A DNA stretch of 63,408 nt, counting the filler, from Octopus bimaculoides (taxonomy: Eukaryota), in the NCBI RefSeq assembly GCF_001194135.2. It is 5 parts of 5 records of this genome, joined end to end, with 100 filler letters (N's around TTAATTAATTAA, not from the genome) between each part and the next. Parts side by side here need not be neighbours in the genome. Positions count along the whole stretch, not along the records: positions 1 to 27,420 come from NC_068985.1; 4 more parts are not named here. One strand, written 5' to 3'. The notes beneath the pieces are model-generated. The model did not search any database. It was given only the letters and a program-made list of their open reading frames with translations, and was not told the DNA's origin. Shown here piece after piece: positions 12,963-26,234 of this stretch. The position numbers and the translations under genes are program-made. Every line of letters starts with the position of its first letter. Within the stretch, counting starts at the first letter, position 1.

Positions 12963-13419
12963 CTAATATGCAGACAAATATATATATAAGAAAACAGGAT
13001 CAGCAGAGAAGACTTGAGAAAGAAAATTATCGTATAAAATATGAATCTGTTTAATAAAATTCTTGGTATTGGGAAGGATTAACTGGTAGACATTTAAGAT
13101 TGAGAGTGTAATGAATATTATGAAGTAAGCTTAAATATCATTCATTTGTTTAGTCGTTTACTTTATATTTGGTTTTCTAAACTGCTTAGGTTAGACATAT
13201 ACTTATTTGAGATANNNNNNNNNNNNNNNNNNNNNNNNNNNNNNNNNNNNNNNNNNNNNNNNNNNNNNNNNNNNNNNNNNNNNNNNNNNNNNNNNNNNNN
13301 NNNNNNNNNNNNNNNNNNNNNNNNNNNNNNNNNNNNNNNNNNNNNNNNNNNNNNNNNNNNNNNNNNNNNNNNNNNNNNNNNNNNNNNNNNNNNNNNNNNN
13401 NNNNNNNNNNNNNNNNNNN

Positions 13420-13452
<33 letters not shown>

Positions 13453-13637
13453 ATTATTTTGTTTAGATAATCTCATGCAAAGAAGTGGAAATAACAACTA
13501 CCCACACATACATATATGTACAAATACTCAAACACATAACACACACACACTCTCTTTCTCTCTCTCTCTCTCTCACACACACGCGTGTACACACAAGTTT
13601 AAAAATAGTTTCTGTTTATAAAATAAATGGATAATAG

Positions 13638-13800
13638 GTGCAGGAGTGGCTGTGTGGTAAGTAGCTTGCTTACCAACCACATGGTTCTGAGTTCATTCCC
13701 ACTGCATGGCACCTTGGGTAAGTGCCTTCTACTCTAGCCTCAGATCGAACAAAGCCTTGTGAGTGGATTTGGTAGACGGAAACTGAAAGAAGCCCATCAT
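13638..13800 (+). mobile_element. tRNA-type SINE, family C (near complete)
   Basis: gtgcaggagtggctgtgtggtaag (A-box-like), gagttcattccc (B-box-like), ...ggaaactgaaagaagccc, then a TA/TG microsatellite tail. Confidence 0.85.
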
Positions 13801-13811
13801 ATGTATGTATG

Positions 13812-13850
<39 letters not shown>

Positions 13851-13887
13851 NNNNNNNNNNNNNNNNNNNNNNNNNNNNNNNNNNNNN

Positions 13888-13949
<62 letters not shown>

Positions 13950-14320
13950 TGTGTCTGTGTGCTGCTAAGCATTTTGTCAAGTATGCTAATGATTCTGTCA
14001 GCTCACCACCTTATCAATCTGACTTGGTACAATAGAGTTATGTAGTATTAGGGACATTGAATGATTTTCATCATCAATTACAAGGATGTTTCCACAGTTG
14101 CACAACACTATACACAGACACCACACACACACACTGCTACCTCCTTGTGTTTGCTTCCAGACATGGATGCATTCAATATACTTACATTTACACACCTGCC
14201 TCTTCTTTTTGAACTCTCCTATGATATCACAGCATTCCCACTTGGTTTCTAACCCTTTGCCTGTTTCTTTTGATTGGATATTTCTCTTTCTCACTCCCAC
14301 TTATGCTTTTCTCTTTCTTT

Positions 14321-14356
14321 TCTTCTGATGAAGGACTAATGTCCAAAACATTAAGA
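14321..14356 (+). ncRNA. Decayed minimal type-I hammerhead ribozyme motif
   Basis: tctt-CTGATGA-A-GGAC(taat)GTCC-AAA-ACAT-T-AAGA. Stems I and II are intact. The two departures from the core (G12>A, ACGT>ACAT) are both CpG transitions. Confidence 0.65.
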
Positions 14357-15257
14357 CACTCTCTTTCCATCGAAGCATTAGGCTAACATTGGGTTTGTTA
14401 AAATTTGTTCCTTCTGCATTTTCATTTTTATTGTTCACTGTGTGTGTGTATATGATTTTTCTTTGAGTTTTATTTATCTTTTTCTCAAGAGAGTTTGAGC
14501 TGGTCACTAACAAAGCATCAAGACCTTTTAGTCAAAAGAGTTCCCAGTGTTTGTAAATATGAGTCAGTGTGTTGGTTGAGCTGTTGAAGCACACACCCAA
14601 TTGTGTGCATCTCTTCATCTAAAGAATCTCAAATGTCTTACATTCCAATCTCAGAATGTCTTACAAATCTTCACTGTGCCTCTAACAGATTGGATTTGGA
14701 GGGTGCGTGTGTGTGTGTGTGTATGTGTATACAAACATACATACACACATGTATGCATGTAAACATACATACATACATACATACATACATACATACATAC
14801 ATACATACACACGTACATACATGCATACATACACGCACATATACATACATACAGTAGTGCTCTCAACTGGGGTCCATGTAAGACTGTTAAAATTTATGCG
14901 CAATAAATTGCTTATACTTCTACAATACACAAAATATTTTAGCAATTTTTTAAATTCAATTCCTAATAATATTTAATTATAGAAATATATTTGGATTTTA
15001 AGAACATCAAATGACTAGGAAACAGTTCAGGGTTGGTGACAGGAAGGGCATCCAGCTGTAAAAAATCTGCCTCAATAAACTCTGCCTAACCCATGCAAGC
15101 ATGGAAAAGTGGATGTTAAAACCAAGATGATGATGATAATCATATGAAATTTTATTTCTATATTTATGAATATTTTCAGAAAATTTTAGAAATAAATAAA
15201 ACCTATTACAAAAATAAAGTCCATACAAGAAACTTTAAATACTCTCAGATCACTTAC

Positions 15258-15408
15258 CTCCAAAAACCATCTTCCAGCATTGAGTTTCCGCAATTCAGCA
15301 AATGTAAACGTAGAAGCATCATCGTCCACTCGGTAGGGATATACTTCTTCAATATTGGTTGTTCGTCGTAATGTTTTGTCATGTAAAATAAATGGAATTC
15401 CATCTAAA
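15258..15408 (-). CDS. GDPD5: GDPD exon F: LDGIPFILHDKTLRRTTNIEEVYPYRVDDDASTFTFAELRKLNAGRWFLE
   Basis: Acceptor tttcctacag, donor gtaagt, 151 nt. HD-x-TLxRTT and LNAGxWF motifs. Confidence 0.96.
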
Positions 15409-15519
15409 CTGTAGGAAAGAAAATATTTCAAATGACACATATGTTTATCTGTAGCCAAACTTCCTTACTATCACTTCTAACAACACACATACTAGAACTC
15501 CATCGGTTATGATTACAAG

Positions 15520-15760
15520 GGTCCCAGCTGATATGATCAACAGAGCAGTCTGATCATAGAATTAACATGCCAAGTGGCTGAGCACTCTACAGGCACGCGT
15601 TCCCTTAATGTACCTCTCAGGGAGATTAAGGGTAACACAGAATGTGGTAAAACTGGCCCTTTGAAATACAAGTACAACTCATTTTCGCTAACGAGTGGAC
15701 TGGAGTAATTGTAATGTGTCCACAGGGATGGCATCCTTGGTTGTGTAATCAACTATGACA
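15520..15760 (-). mobile_element. SINE family D
   Basis: Reverse complement of 46418-46716. Confidence 0.75.
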
Positions 15761-16069
15761 CAAGATCTCAATTCAAATTGATAATAATGGAACTGGATGG
15801 TGACAGAGAGTCAGTTTCTGTCACTAATTCTCATTTGTTTTTAAAGGGAGTTTTCATTGTACTTGTCTCTGAAAGCATAGCTGCCAAATGATTTGTTTAC
15901 AGGGAATTGACAGTAGACAACATTGACTCTGACTCAGTAAATTTTCATACAAGTGCAGAATGTAAACACACACACACACACAGATGTTGTACAGATTCTG
16001 TTGAACAATTTAACTAACAAATCATTGATTGACCCAGGGCTGTAGTAAAAGACACTTGCCCAAATTCTT

Positions 16070-16275
16070 TTCTACTCTCGGCACAAGGCCCAAAATTTTT
16101 GGAGAGGCGGGGGCAGTTGATTAGATCGACCCCAATATACAACTGTACTTAATTTATCGATCCCAAAGGGCGAAAGGTAAGTCGACCTCGTTGGAATTTG
16201 AACTCAGAACGTAAACACAGATGAAATACCGCTAAGCATTTCGCCAGCGTGCTAACGCTTCTTCCAGCTCGCCAC
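16070..16275 (-). mobile_element. tRNA-type SINE, family A
   Basis: Reverse complement of the family A consensus. Confidence 0.85.
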
Positions 16276-16525
16276 CTTTTGTGTTAACGTTTCTGCTAGC
16301 TCGCTGCCTTGACATTCGCCCAAATTGCCATACAGATGGACTGAACCCAAAACCATATGGTTGAGAAGTGAACTTCTTGACCACATAGCTATTACTACAT
16401 CTTATTTTTCCACAAATATTTCTAGTAGAGAAAACTGAATCACAAGTTATCAGGAATGGGTAACAGCTGAGAAATAACTTAGAGAATTTATATTTCAAAA
16501 TGTATAAAGATACAATATAATTTAC

Positions 16526-16608
16526 CTTATTTGTACATCTGACTCAAATCCATAGACACTTTCGTTAGCAGCTCTTTGGAATGCAACTAAAGTATTCTCA
16601 GGTGCAAT
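16526..16608 (-). CDS. GDPD5: GDPD exon E: IAPENTLVAFQRAANESVYGFESDVQIS
   Basis: Acceptor ttttcttgcaag, donor gtaaat, 83 nt. PENT and the E-x-D metal-binding motif. Confidence 0.96.
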
Positions 16609-17291
16609 CTTGCAAGAAAATTTTTAAAATACAAAAGACTTTAATTAAAATTTGCTTAAATATAATCCAACAGTAACATATTGAGATTTCTGGCTAAAAA
16701 TAATACTGTGCCTAATTTTAAAATATTGGTAAACTTTATTTATCACAATTTAATTACAAGGAAACAAGAAACAGAAAAAAAAATAAAAGATGGTGGAAGA
16801 GGGAGCAATGGGTCACACACTCCAGAATAAATGGCATGTTCAGCTACATCTCACAGACATGACCATGATGGTATTGCTGCAGAGAATGGCTAGTGACACT
16901 TGCTACAGCAGCCACTTCACCTCCTAGGGTTCATTCTAAGACAGGCTGCCATTATCCCAATTTTGTGGACAAAAACAGTAGTGCAGAGTCTGAGAACATC
17001 TGAGATCACAACAGTGACCAACACAAACTGATAGCAGCCCATCAGGCCCCTGTATTTATTAATTCTCCTCTCCTTTGCATTACAGACAACCCATTGCTCC
17101 CCTACTCCATTTTCTGCTACTTAATCCCCACCCCACTTTTTCTTCTATTCCTGTTTTTAAATTTAAGAGTTTTCTCTCATCTTCTCATCAATTTCAAAGT
17201 TTGCTCTTATCTTCACTGATGAATATGGCCAAGAAATGAAGTACTTTAAAAGGGAAGATTGACAATACAACATGATAGTTGTGTCACTGTC

Positions 17292-17574
17292 TGTGGTGTT
17301 ATGGGCTGTGATGAGCTGTGTGTTGTTGGTGGAGAGAGGTGAGGCAAACAGAAGTGAAGCCAGACCGGAAGGGCCAGACCGGAAGGGTCAGACCAGAAGT
17401 CGGACACATGCGGTCGAAGGCCAGCACGTAGGTCAGTTAGAAAACAGAGAGGTTACGAGAAAGACGTGTTTTGATCAGGAGCGATTGTGTACTCCGCTGC
17501 GGTCGACAAAGTAAGGTCCAACGTTTCATTCTGTCCTTTTGCTGCTTGTTGTCTTTTTCCTCCATCACACCACA
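17292..17574. mobile_element. Solo LTR (283 bp)
   Basis: TG...CA ends, 8-bp inverted termini TGTGGTGT/ACACCACA, and a perfect 5-bp target-site duplication CTGTC at 17287-17291 and 17575-17579. Confidence 0.8.
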
Positions 17575-17905
17575 CTGTCATACAAAGTAGTATCATTCAT
17601 TACCAATATTCTGCATAAACCTGTCCATTAGTGACTTGCATGGAAACAGGTAAGGGTTGGTGACAGGAAAGCACCCAGCCATAGAAAAATCATCCTAAAT
17701 AAACTCCATCTGACTCATGCAAGTATGGAAATGTGGTCATTAAAACTATGATGATGATGTTTCTCCGTTTCTTTCCATTCAAATGTTATAAGAGATAAGA
17801 TCTGCCTATTTTTATCTTTCTTTAGTTAATGAACCAAGAACCAAGAACATAGTACTGAAAATAATTATTATTTTGGAGTTTTAAAATAAATAAGTGTATA
17901 CATAC

Positions 17906-18051
17906 TGTTGATGCACCTCGGTGGGCAAATAATCTTGGTTTGGAAGGCAAACTATCTGCTGGTCGGACACATGGAGAATCAATAAACAGTGGAATGGTAT
18001 AGAGACCAATAAGAATTGCCATGTATGCCACTGCAGTTATTATTTTCAAAC
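17906..18051 (-). CDS. GDPD5: GDPD exon D: LKIITAVAYMAILIGLYTIPLFIDSPCVRPADSLPSKPRLFAHRGAST
   Basis: Acceptor tttcccaaatag, donor gtatgt, 146 nt. TM helix, SPC, KP and the catalytic HRG motif. Confidence 0.95.
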
Positions 18052-18234
18052 CTATTTGGGAAAGAAAACCAAAAAAAGCAATATTACATTATTTGATTCC
18101 ATTCAATAGTGAACATGTAATTACAAGGAAAAATTGTAAGCTTCTGTGTATATGCAAATGTGCATGCATGCATGTATGTATACATTTGTATATAGATATG
18201 TACATCTATATATATGTACATACATACACACATC

Positions 18235-18487
18235 AGTGCTGGTGACATGTGAAAAGCACCAGTGCTGGTAACACATAAGAGGCACCCATGCCAAAGACAC
18301 ATAAAAGGTACCCAGTACACAATGGTTGGTGTTAGGAAGGGCATCCTGCCATAGAGACGAAGCTGAAATAGACTGGAGCCTGATTCAGCTCTCTGGCTTA
18401 CTAGCACCTGTCAAACTGTCTTACTCATGCCAGCATTGAAAACGGACACTAAATGATGACAATGATGATGATGATGATGACAACAGC

Positions 18488-18522
<35 letters not shown>

Positions 18523-18560
18523 CAACGATGGTGATGGTGGTGGTGATGATGATGATGATG
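18235..18560 (+). mobile_element. RTE 3'-tail repeat with expanded (GAT)n
   Basis: Family motifs plus a long GAT/GAC tail. Confidence 0.7.
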
Positions 18561-18691
18561 AGTATGATGATATATTTGAAAACATTGAATAAGGCTGATT
18601 TTTCTGATAATTATTTTCCAATCTGATGAGTAGATGTTTGCAAATTGTTATTTGTGTGGGGGAGGGGGTGTACATACAGAGAGAGAGAGAG

Positions 18692-19775
18692 ACCTTGTTC
18701 TTATATCTGAATCACTACCAGAATTTGAGAAACAATTCCAGGTGTGGAAGCAAGGACTGGAATCAAAGGCCTTAGAGTTAATTTAGCAAAAACCTTAGTA
18801 CGTAGGAAAGTGGACAAATCACAAATCCCTTCAGGTAGATGGTCCTGCTCAGTATGTAGAAAAGGCATTGGTAGAAACTCCATAAGATGTGCCCAGATCA
18901 AGCTATGGACACATTAGAGGTGCAGCAATATCAGAGGAAAGTTAACAGGGAAAGTAGTCTTTGTGTGTGGCAGACGTACAGGTACCGTAAATACTAGAAA
19001 TGTACAGAAAACAGACTCTATAGAATGCTAGTGTGGATACCTAGAAGTAGTTTGACAGCTTCCATTATCTAGGTGACCAAGTCAACAGTGGAGGTGGATG
19101 CTTTGAGAGCGTAGCTGCAAGAACAGGTTCAGAGAGCTTCCCCCTTTATTGGTAACAAATGGCCTCTCCCTCAGAGTGAAAGGCATATTGTATGATATAG
19201 GCTGTAACTGCAAAGGACATGTGAAGGCTTGAAAGAAATGAGGCTAGCATGCTCCGTTGGATGTGCAATGTCAGTGTGCATGTACAACAGAGTGTAAGTG
19301 CCTTGAGAGAAAAATTGGGCATAAATGGTATCAGATGTGGTGTGCAAGAGAGACAACTGCACTGGTGTGGTCCTGTGATGCATATGGACAAGGACAGCTG
19401 CATAAAGAAATTTCGATCTCTAACTATAGAGGGGACCTGTGGAAGAGGTAGACCTATAAAGACATGGAGTGAAGTGGTGAAGCATGATCTTCAAATGTGG
19501 GGTCTCATGAAGATAATGACATGCGATTGTGACCTTTGGCGATTTGCTCTGCTTGAGAAGACTCATCAAGTGAAATCATAGTTGTAGGTGGTGCCAGTGA
19601 CACATCAAAGGCACCCACTACACTCAGAGTGGTTGGCATTAGGAAGGACATCCAGCCATAGAAACCAAGTCAAAATCAGACTGGAACCTGGTACAGCTCT
19701 CCAATTTACCAGTTCCAGTCAAACTGTCTAACCCATGGCATCATGGAGGAAAGAGGATACTAAATGATGATGATG
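18692..19775 (+). mobile_element. RTE-clade LINE 3' part (degenerate ORF, 3' UTR, GAT tail)
   Basis: ESLPEFEKQFQVWKQGLESKGLRVNLAKT; MLRWMCNVSV..LREKLGI...RQLHWCGPV..GRGRPIKTW; continues directly into the abundant tail repeat. Confidence 0.9.
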
Positions 19776-20221
19776 AATATGTATGTGTGTATATATAATC
19801 TATGTCAGATTAAAATGTAGGAAGCAAGATATGGTCACCTGGCCTGTCTCAGACCATTACAACCTGCTCTGCTCATATTATGTTGTAGTGAGAGTCAGAC
19901 TGAATGACTATAAATAGTAGCAGTCTGAGTGAGAAACAGGGAGAATAGGCATTAATTGCTGGAAATCATAAGGTGTCATTTTGGTAGTTTGTCAGAATAT
20001 CATTTGTTGGTTTATGAATAGTTAATGGAGAGTTTATTGGATTGTTATGTTGTACCCTGCTTTGTTATATGTTTGTTATTACTACATGGTTTACACTATG
20101 TGTAAACGAGTATTGTCGTAAATAGTGGTGGTACTACAATAGTTGGTGACAAGTAACTACAATACAATATATTATCAAGGAAAGAAAGCATAAAACCAAG
20201 AAGAAAAGGGTGATGATGATG

Positions 20222-20303
<82 letters not shown>

Positions 20304-21368
20304 NNNNNNNNNNNNNNNNNNNNNNNNNNNNNNNNNNNNNNNNNNNNNNNNNNNNNNNNNNNNNNNNNNNNNNNNNNNNNNNNNNNNNNNNNNNNNNNNN
20401 NNNNNNNNNNNNNNNNNNNNNNNNNNNNNNNNNNNNNNNNNNNNNNNNNNNNNNNNNNNNNNNNNNNNNNNNNNNNNNNNNNNNNNNNNNNNNNNNNNNN
20501 NNNNNNNNNNNNNNNNNNNNNNNNNNNNNNNNNNNNNNNNNNNNNNNNNNNNNNNNNNNNNNNNNNNNNNNNNNNNNNNNNNNNNNNNNNNNNNNNNNNN
20601 NNNNNNNNNNNNNNNNNNNNNNNNNNNNNNNNNNNNNNNNNNNNNNNNNNNNNNNNNNNNNNNNNNNNNNNNNNNNNNNNNNNNNNNNNNNNNNNNNNNN
20701 NNNNNNNNNNNNNNNNNNNNNNNNNNNNNNNNNNNNNNNNNNNNNNNNNNNNNNNNNNNNNNNNNNNNNNNNNNNNNNNNNNNNNNNNNNNNNNNNNNNN
20801 NNNNNNNNNNNNNNNNNNNNNNNNNNNNNNNNNNNNNNNNNNNNNNNNNNNNNNNNNNNNNNNNNNNNNNNNNNNNNNNNNNNNNNNNNNNNNNNNNNNN
20901 NNNNNNNNNNNNNNNNNNNNNNNNNNNNNNNNNNNNNNNNNNNNNNNNNNNNNNNNNNNNNNNNNNNNNNNNNNNNNNNNNNNNNNNNNNNNNNNNNNNN
21001 NNNNNNNNNNNNNNNNNNNNNNNNNNNNNNNNNNNNNNNNNNNNNNNNNNNNNNNNNNNNNNNNNNNNNNNNNNNNNNNNNNNNNNNNNNNNNNNNNNNN
21101 NNNNNNNNNNNNNNNNNNNNNNNNNNNNNNNNNNNNNNNNNNNNNNNNNNNNNNNNNNNNNNNNNNNNNNNNNNNNNNNNNNNNNNNNNNNNNNNNNNNN
21201 NNNNNNNNNNNNNNNNNNNNNNNNNNNNNNNNNNNNNNNNNNNNNNNNNNNNNNNAAAGGTAAATTTATTTGTCAATATATATAAATATCTATTTTCTTG
21301 TTTATCTTCTGAACATAATTAGTTTTTGTATCTCTCTCTCTCTCTCCCTCTCTCTCCCTCTCTCTCTC

Positions 21369-21399
<31 letters not shown>

Positions 21400-21855
21400 A
21401 TGCATATTTATATATATCAAGCCTAATCGAATTTATCTACATCACTAATCCTTTATTCATGGTCACTGAGACTGTTGGCAAGAAGTAAAGAAGTCACTCT
21501 CAAACACAAAATCTGTAGAGAACATGTAAAGAAAAAGTGAAATCTGCTAAAGACTCCCAAGAAGCAGATGGTGGTGGTGGTGGTGGTGAGATTAAACTGG
21601 TTGAAAGATTAAGCCAACCACCTATGGAAGAGAAAGTTGACCTCAGTGAGATTCGAACTTAGGAATATAGACAGGTGAATCAAATGCCATTTATGCTACA
21701 CTAACAAGGTATGAACACCACAAAATTAGGAAAATGATAAGTGTCATTGTATTTGAGATAGAATTTAATAAGTCTGTTTTATTTAATGACAACTTTTTCA
21801 GAAATAAATTTGTATATATCTGACAATGATTTTTGAAATGACAAAATATACTTAC

Positions 21856-21949
21856 GGAATTGATCTAAGCTGTACCACTGTCTTATCAGAATCCAAGAGA
21901 GAATAGTAAAGATTACAATCAGACCAATATGAATAAATGGACCAAAGAT
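21856..21949 (-). CDS. GDPD5: GDPD exon C: IFGPFIHIGLIVIFTILSWILIRQWYSLDQF
   Basis: Acceptor tctttttccag, donor gtaagt, 94 nt. PFxHIG...LSW TM motif. Confidence 0.92.
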
Positions 21950-23008
21950 CTGGAAAAAGAATCAAAGAAAATAACTCAACTAAAAAATAATAACTATAAT
22001 AGTAAATTCATCATCATTGTTTTAACATCTACTTTTCCATGCTTGCATGGGTTAGATGGAATTTGTTAAGGCAAACTTTCTATGGCTAGATGTCCTTCCT
22101 ATCTCCAATTTCAATCTGTTTCTAAGTAAGGTAATATTCCTCCATGACTACATATATTTTTACAGAAGATTAGAAAAGAATGATATTGCTTGCATGATGG
22201 TGACACTTGTTTACAACTATCACATGACACTAAGGACAAAATGTTGTCTATTATTACGCACACACACACACATGCACACTGAGTGGGATTCTTTCAGTTT
22301 CTCTCTGACAAATCCATTTACAAGGCTTTGGTTGGTCTAAGACTATTGTAGAAGATACTTGCCCAGTGGGACTGAATCTGAAACCATGTGGTCAGGAAAC
22401 AAACTTCTTACTATGCAGCTACGTCCATGCTTACAGCCACACCTGATACTCCATATGATATCGATGTCATATAGTATCCACTATATTGCTTTGTAAAGAC
22501 TTTCCTTTCATAATTGTGACAATTTGATCTTCCAATTGATTCAAGGAGACTATGTTTCCGTAGTTATATTATCTTTTTTCTATTACCAATTCCACTCATT
22601 AGACTGTAGCCATACTGGGCCACTAACTTAAAGTATTTTAGTCAAGTGAATCAACCCCAGTATGTTCTCTATTTTATTTTAAGCCTGAAACTCATTCTAT
22701 CAGTGTTTATTGCCAAACTGCTAAGTTACAGAAATAAACACACCAACACTGATTGTCAGGTGGTAATGGGGGACAAACACAGAGACACACACACATGTGT
22801 GCACGGTGGATTTCTTACAGGTTCCATCTACTAGATCCACTCACAAGGCTTTGGTCAACCCAAGGTTATATGTATGTAATTCTGAAAGAGACTAATAATA
22901 GTCGCAAGAAACTAACATTGCTCAGTATTTATTTATAACATATTTTCTAATCATTGACAAAAGAAATGTAATTTGGAGAAAAATGTTTAAAATATGAAAG
23001 AGACTTAC

Positions 23009-23167
23009 TAGAAGTGATAGTCTCAGCACTACCCACTCATATGTCCAGAGAATATCCAAAGCAATTGTGAAGCCAATGCAATTCAAAAGACTGAAGATTA
23101 TTATCGCTACATGGAATGGATGTATATATAATTGCTGTCCCACATAAATGTAATATATTGATAGACC
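23009..23167 (-). CDS. GDPD5: GDPD exon B: GLSIYYIYVGQQLYIHPFHVAIIIFSLLNCIGFTIALDILWTYEWVVLRLSLL
   Basis: Acceptor attaacag, donor gtaagt, 159 nt, phase 0-0. VGQQLxLH and WxxEWxVLxxSL match the GDPD5 family. Confidence 0.9.
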
Positions 23168-23430
23168 CTGTTAATGATAACATAAAATGGATGGAAGCAT
23201 TGAAATAATGTTAAGTTACAGCATGAGGTAAAAATGGATTAAAGGGAAATTATAAAGTTTATAAAATGGAGATATTAAAAAAAAATGTATTCATGTATAA
23301 TTCCAAATGACAACTTAGTGAGATCTGTTTGGTATGAGGGTCCTTAATTTGCTGCCATACAGTGTGACTGAACCTGAACCATATGGTTAGGAAGTAAACT
23401 TCTTAACTACACAGACATGTCCATACATAC

Positions 23431-23461
<31 letters not shown>

Positions 23462-23869
23462 AACACACACACACACACATGCACACATATACAAACAAAC
23501 ACACACATAAATTGATACACATGCCCTGGTGTGAAATTGTGAAGATTGGCTGATAACTGATAAGGGATGACAGTGTACATATTTTTTGTTTTTTCCTGTT
23601 TTTCATGTGTTCTTTTGTTTCTTTCTGTGTAACTCCTTTGTTTCTTTCTCTGTCTCTCTCTCTCCTCCATACATATACATGCATGCACAAACACTACACA
23701 TACACACACACCAATATTACAAGCATTTTAGATTTCAGTGTGCACCAAGAAAAACTGACACATCATGACATTTCTTTGCATACATAGACTTTACTGTTAA
23801 ATATTTTAGATGTCAATATCAATACAGATATACAGTGAATGAATATATTGCTTTACCTCCAATTATATA

Positions 23870-23896
23870 TCGTTTAACGTCCGCTTTCCATGCTAG

Positions 23897-23932
<36 letters not shown>

Positions 23933-24140
23933 TCATCATCATTATCATCATTTAAAGCCTGCTTTCCATGCTGGCATGGGTTGGACAGTTTGACTGAGGA
24001 CTGGCGAGCCAGATGGCTGCACCAGGCTCCAATCTGATTTGGCAGAGTTTCTGCAGCTGGATGCCCTTCCCTTCCTAACACCAACCATTCTGGGAGTGTA
24101 GTGGGTGCTTTTATGTGCCACCGACACGAGAGCCAGTCAT
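23870..24140 (-). mobile_element. RTE 3'-tail repeat interrupted by (TA)n, with a duplicated tail start
   Basis: cgtttaacgtccgctttccatgctag, (TA)n, then catcatcattatcatcatttaaagcctgctttccatgctggc... Confidence 0.75.
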
Positions 24141-25064
24141 ACTGTATATATTAGTATATCTGTTAGAAATCAAAGAGGGAACCTCTACATGGTCACTCAA
24201 CTTGCTAGAAATAGCGTAACCATCAGATATCACTTAGCAAAAAATGCATATGTGGTTTGTGCTCTGTCAATGGACCTATTTCTCACTTCTGTTTCAAATT
24301 TCTGCTTATAATATCTAACCTCAAAACAAATGTTATAAATACCCTTTTTATATTCTAAAACTGTTTTAATCATCATTAAAACAAATAAGTAATAATGTTA
24401 AGATGCAATTAAAGAGTTCTATCTTTTTACCCTGTTTAATATTTTAAAACACTACAGTAAAAACATGGTTTTATATTCCCCCCAGAATAATGAGGTTTTG
24501 TTGCAAGTGAAAGGTATAAAACATGATCAACCAGCTTATCATTTCATCAATATTTCATTTGTTTAAAAATATCAACGTATTTTATATTATTGCGAAATGA
24601 TAGTCACTTCTAACCAAACCAGTTCTTCTGGATGAATTGACATTGTATATTGTATATTATATATACAGTCTTTATCATGTTTTCTGGGAAGGTAGCATCA
24701 TTCTGACAGTTTGAAGCATCAACTGATTATATAGTCTATATCTTGCTGCTTTGCAATGTCAGCACAATGAATATTTGATAACATATATCTATTTGAAAGC
24801 ATAATTTACAGAGACAAGTTCCTTTCTCATTCTGCTGTCATAACATCCAAAGGCAGCAATACATTTACATCATATTAGCTTCTAAGATGAAAGAAATGTT
24901 GTTGAAATGTTGTTGTAACTCGTAACAAAGACAATTTAATAATCTTCAAGGCCTAGATTTAGGTAAAGACACTGAAATGGGGATAAGTACCAACACTTCC
25001 ATGTGGTTCACTTTAACAATTGTGAAAATCTCTTCACTGATAGCCTTGTTAGCCTACAAATAAA

Positions 25065-25095
<31 letters not shown>

Positions 25096-26234
25096 CATAT
25101 ATAATCACTGTAATGACATAAATATTGGATTTTGCTTTACACTGTTGGTTACGATGTGCTTCCTTGGATAGTTGTAGCTTCCGAATGATGGCACCCCACT
25201 GGCCAGGTGGCCAAGCCAACATTCTACCTGAATGGAACACTAGTCCACTGCAGGATTACACATTTACAGCTGAGTGGACTGGAGCAACATGAAATGAAGT
25301 GTTTTGCTCAAGAATGCAATGCACAACTGGTCCAAGAATCAAAACCACAATTTTGCAATCATGTGCAACACCCTAACAACTAGGACTTGTGGTGACACAC
25401 ACACACACACACGTGTGTGTGTGTGTATTTGCATTCATGGCTATATGATTGAGAAGTTCACTTCCCAACCATGTGATTTTTGTTTCATCCCACTATATGG
25501 TACTTTAAGTCAGTGTTCTTCTGCTATAGTTCTGAGCTGACCAAAGTCTTGTGGGTGAATCGTTGGCCACAAACATCATCATCATCATACAAGTGATATC
25601 ATTAGTTTGCAATCTTCCATGAAAACATGTCCAGTCCATACGTTGTTTGAAGAATTAAAGGAAATTTTACCTTGCTTAGATACAGTAGAGGGTTGGTGAG
25701 AACATGACATGAGCTATGAGTGGGTTGAATCTGTTTCAAGTGTTTTTGTTGTATTTCAGAGTAGAATGTTTTATTGTACATTATCAAAGTTCATTTATAT
25801 GTTGGGAATAGATACCAAATTATCTGGAAATGTTACTTATCCAGGAGAGAAGATTTCTCTATTTTCTATTTAATATCATAAAGCCGGCAATATGCATCAA
25901 CCCTTTAATGTTCATTATGGTTGAAGATGTATTTACACTTTCACATTTGGTCTGGAAAGTAGACATGCTTACATTGTAAACACACATAAGTACAATCCTT
26001 TCTCATCAATTGACCATACATTTTCAACAAGGAGTCATTTCAGTTCATTATAATGCAGTACACAAAATAAAACTAAAAGTTAAACACAAACTGAAGGAAA
26101 CATACATAGATATATCATGAGTAAAAATGTGGTATCATGAACTCTAAATGCAGTGATCTAACAAAGCTAAATTATATATTTCTGTTGTCATTTCTGTGAG
26201 CTAGAAAAATAATGTAAAATTGAAAGCAACTTAC

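Noticed and set aside
13638-13720. tRNA genes
   Set aside because: The A/B-box-like motifs belong to degenerate SINE heads; no complete cloverleaf is supportable.
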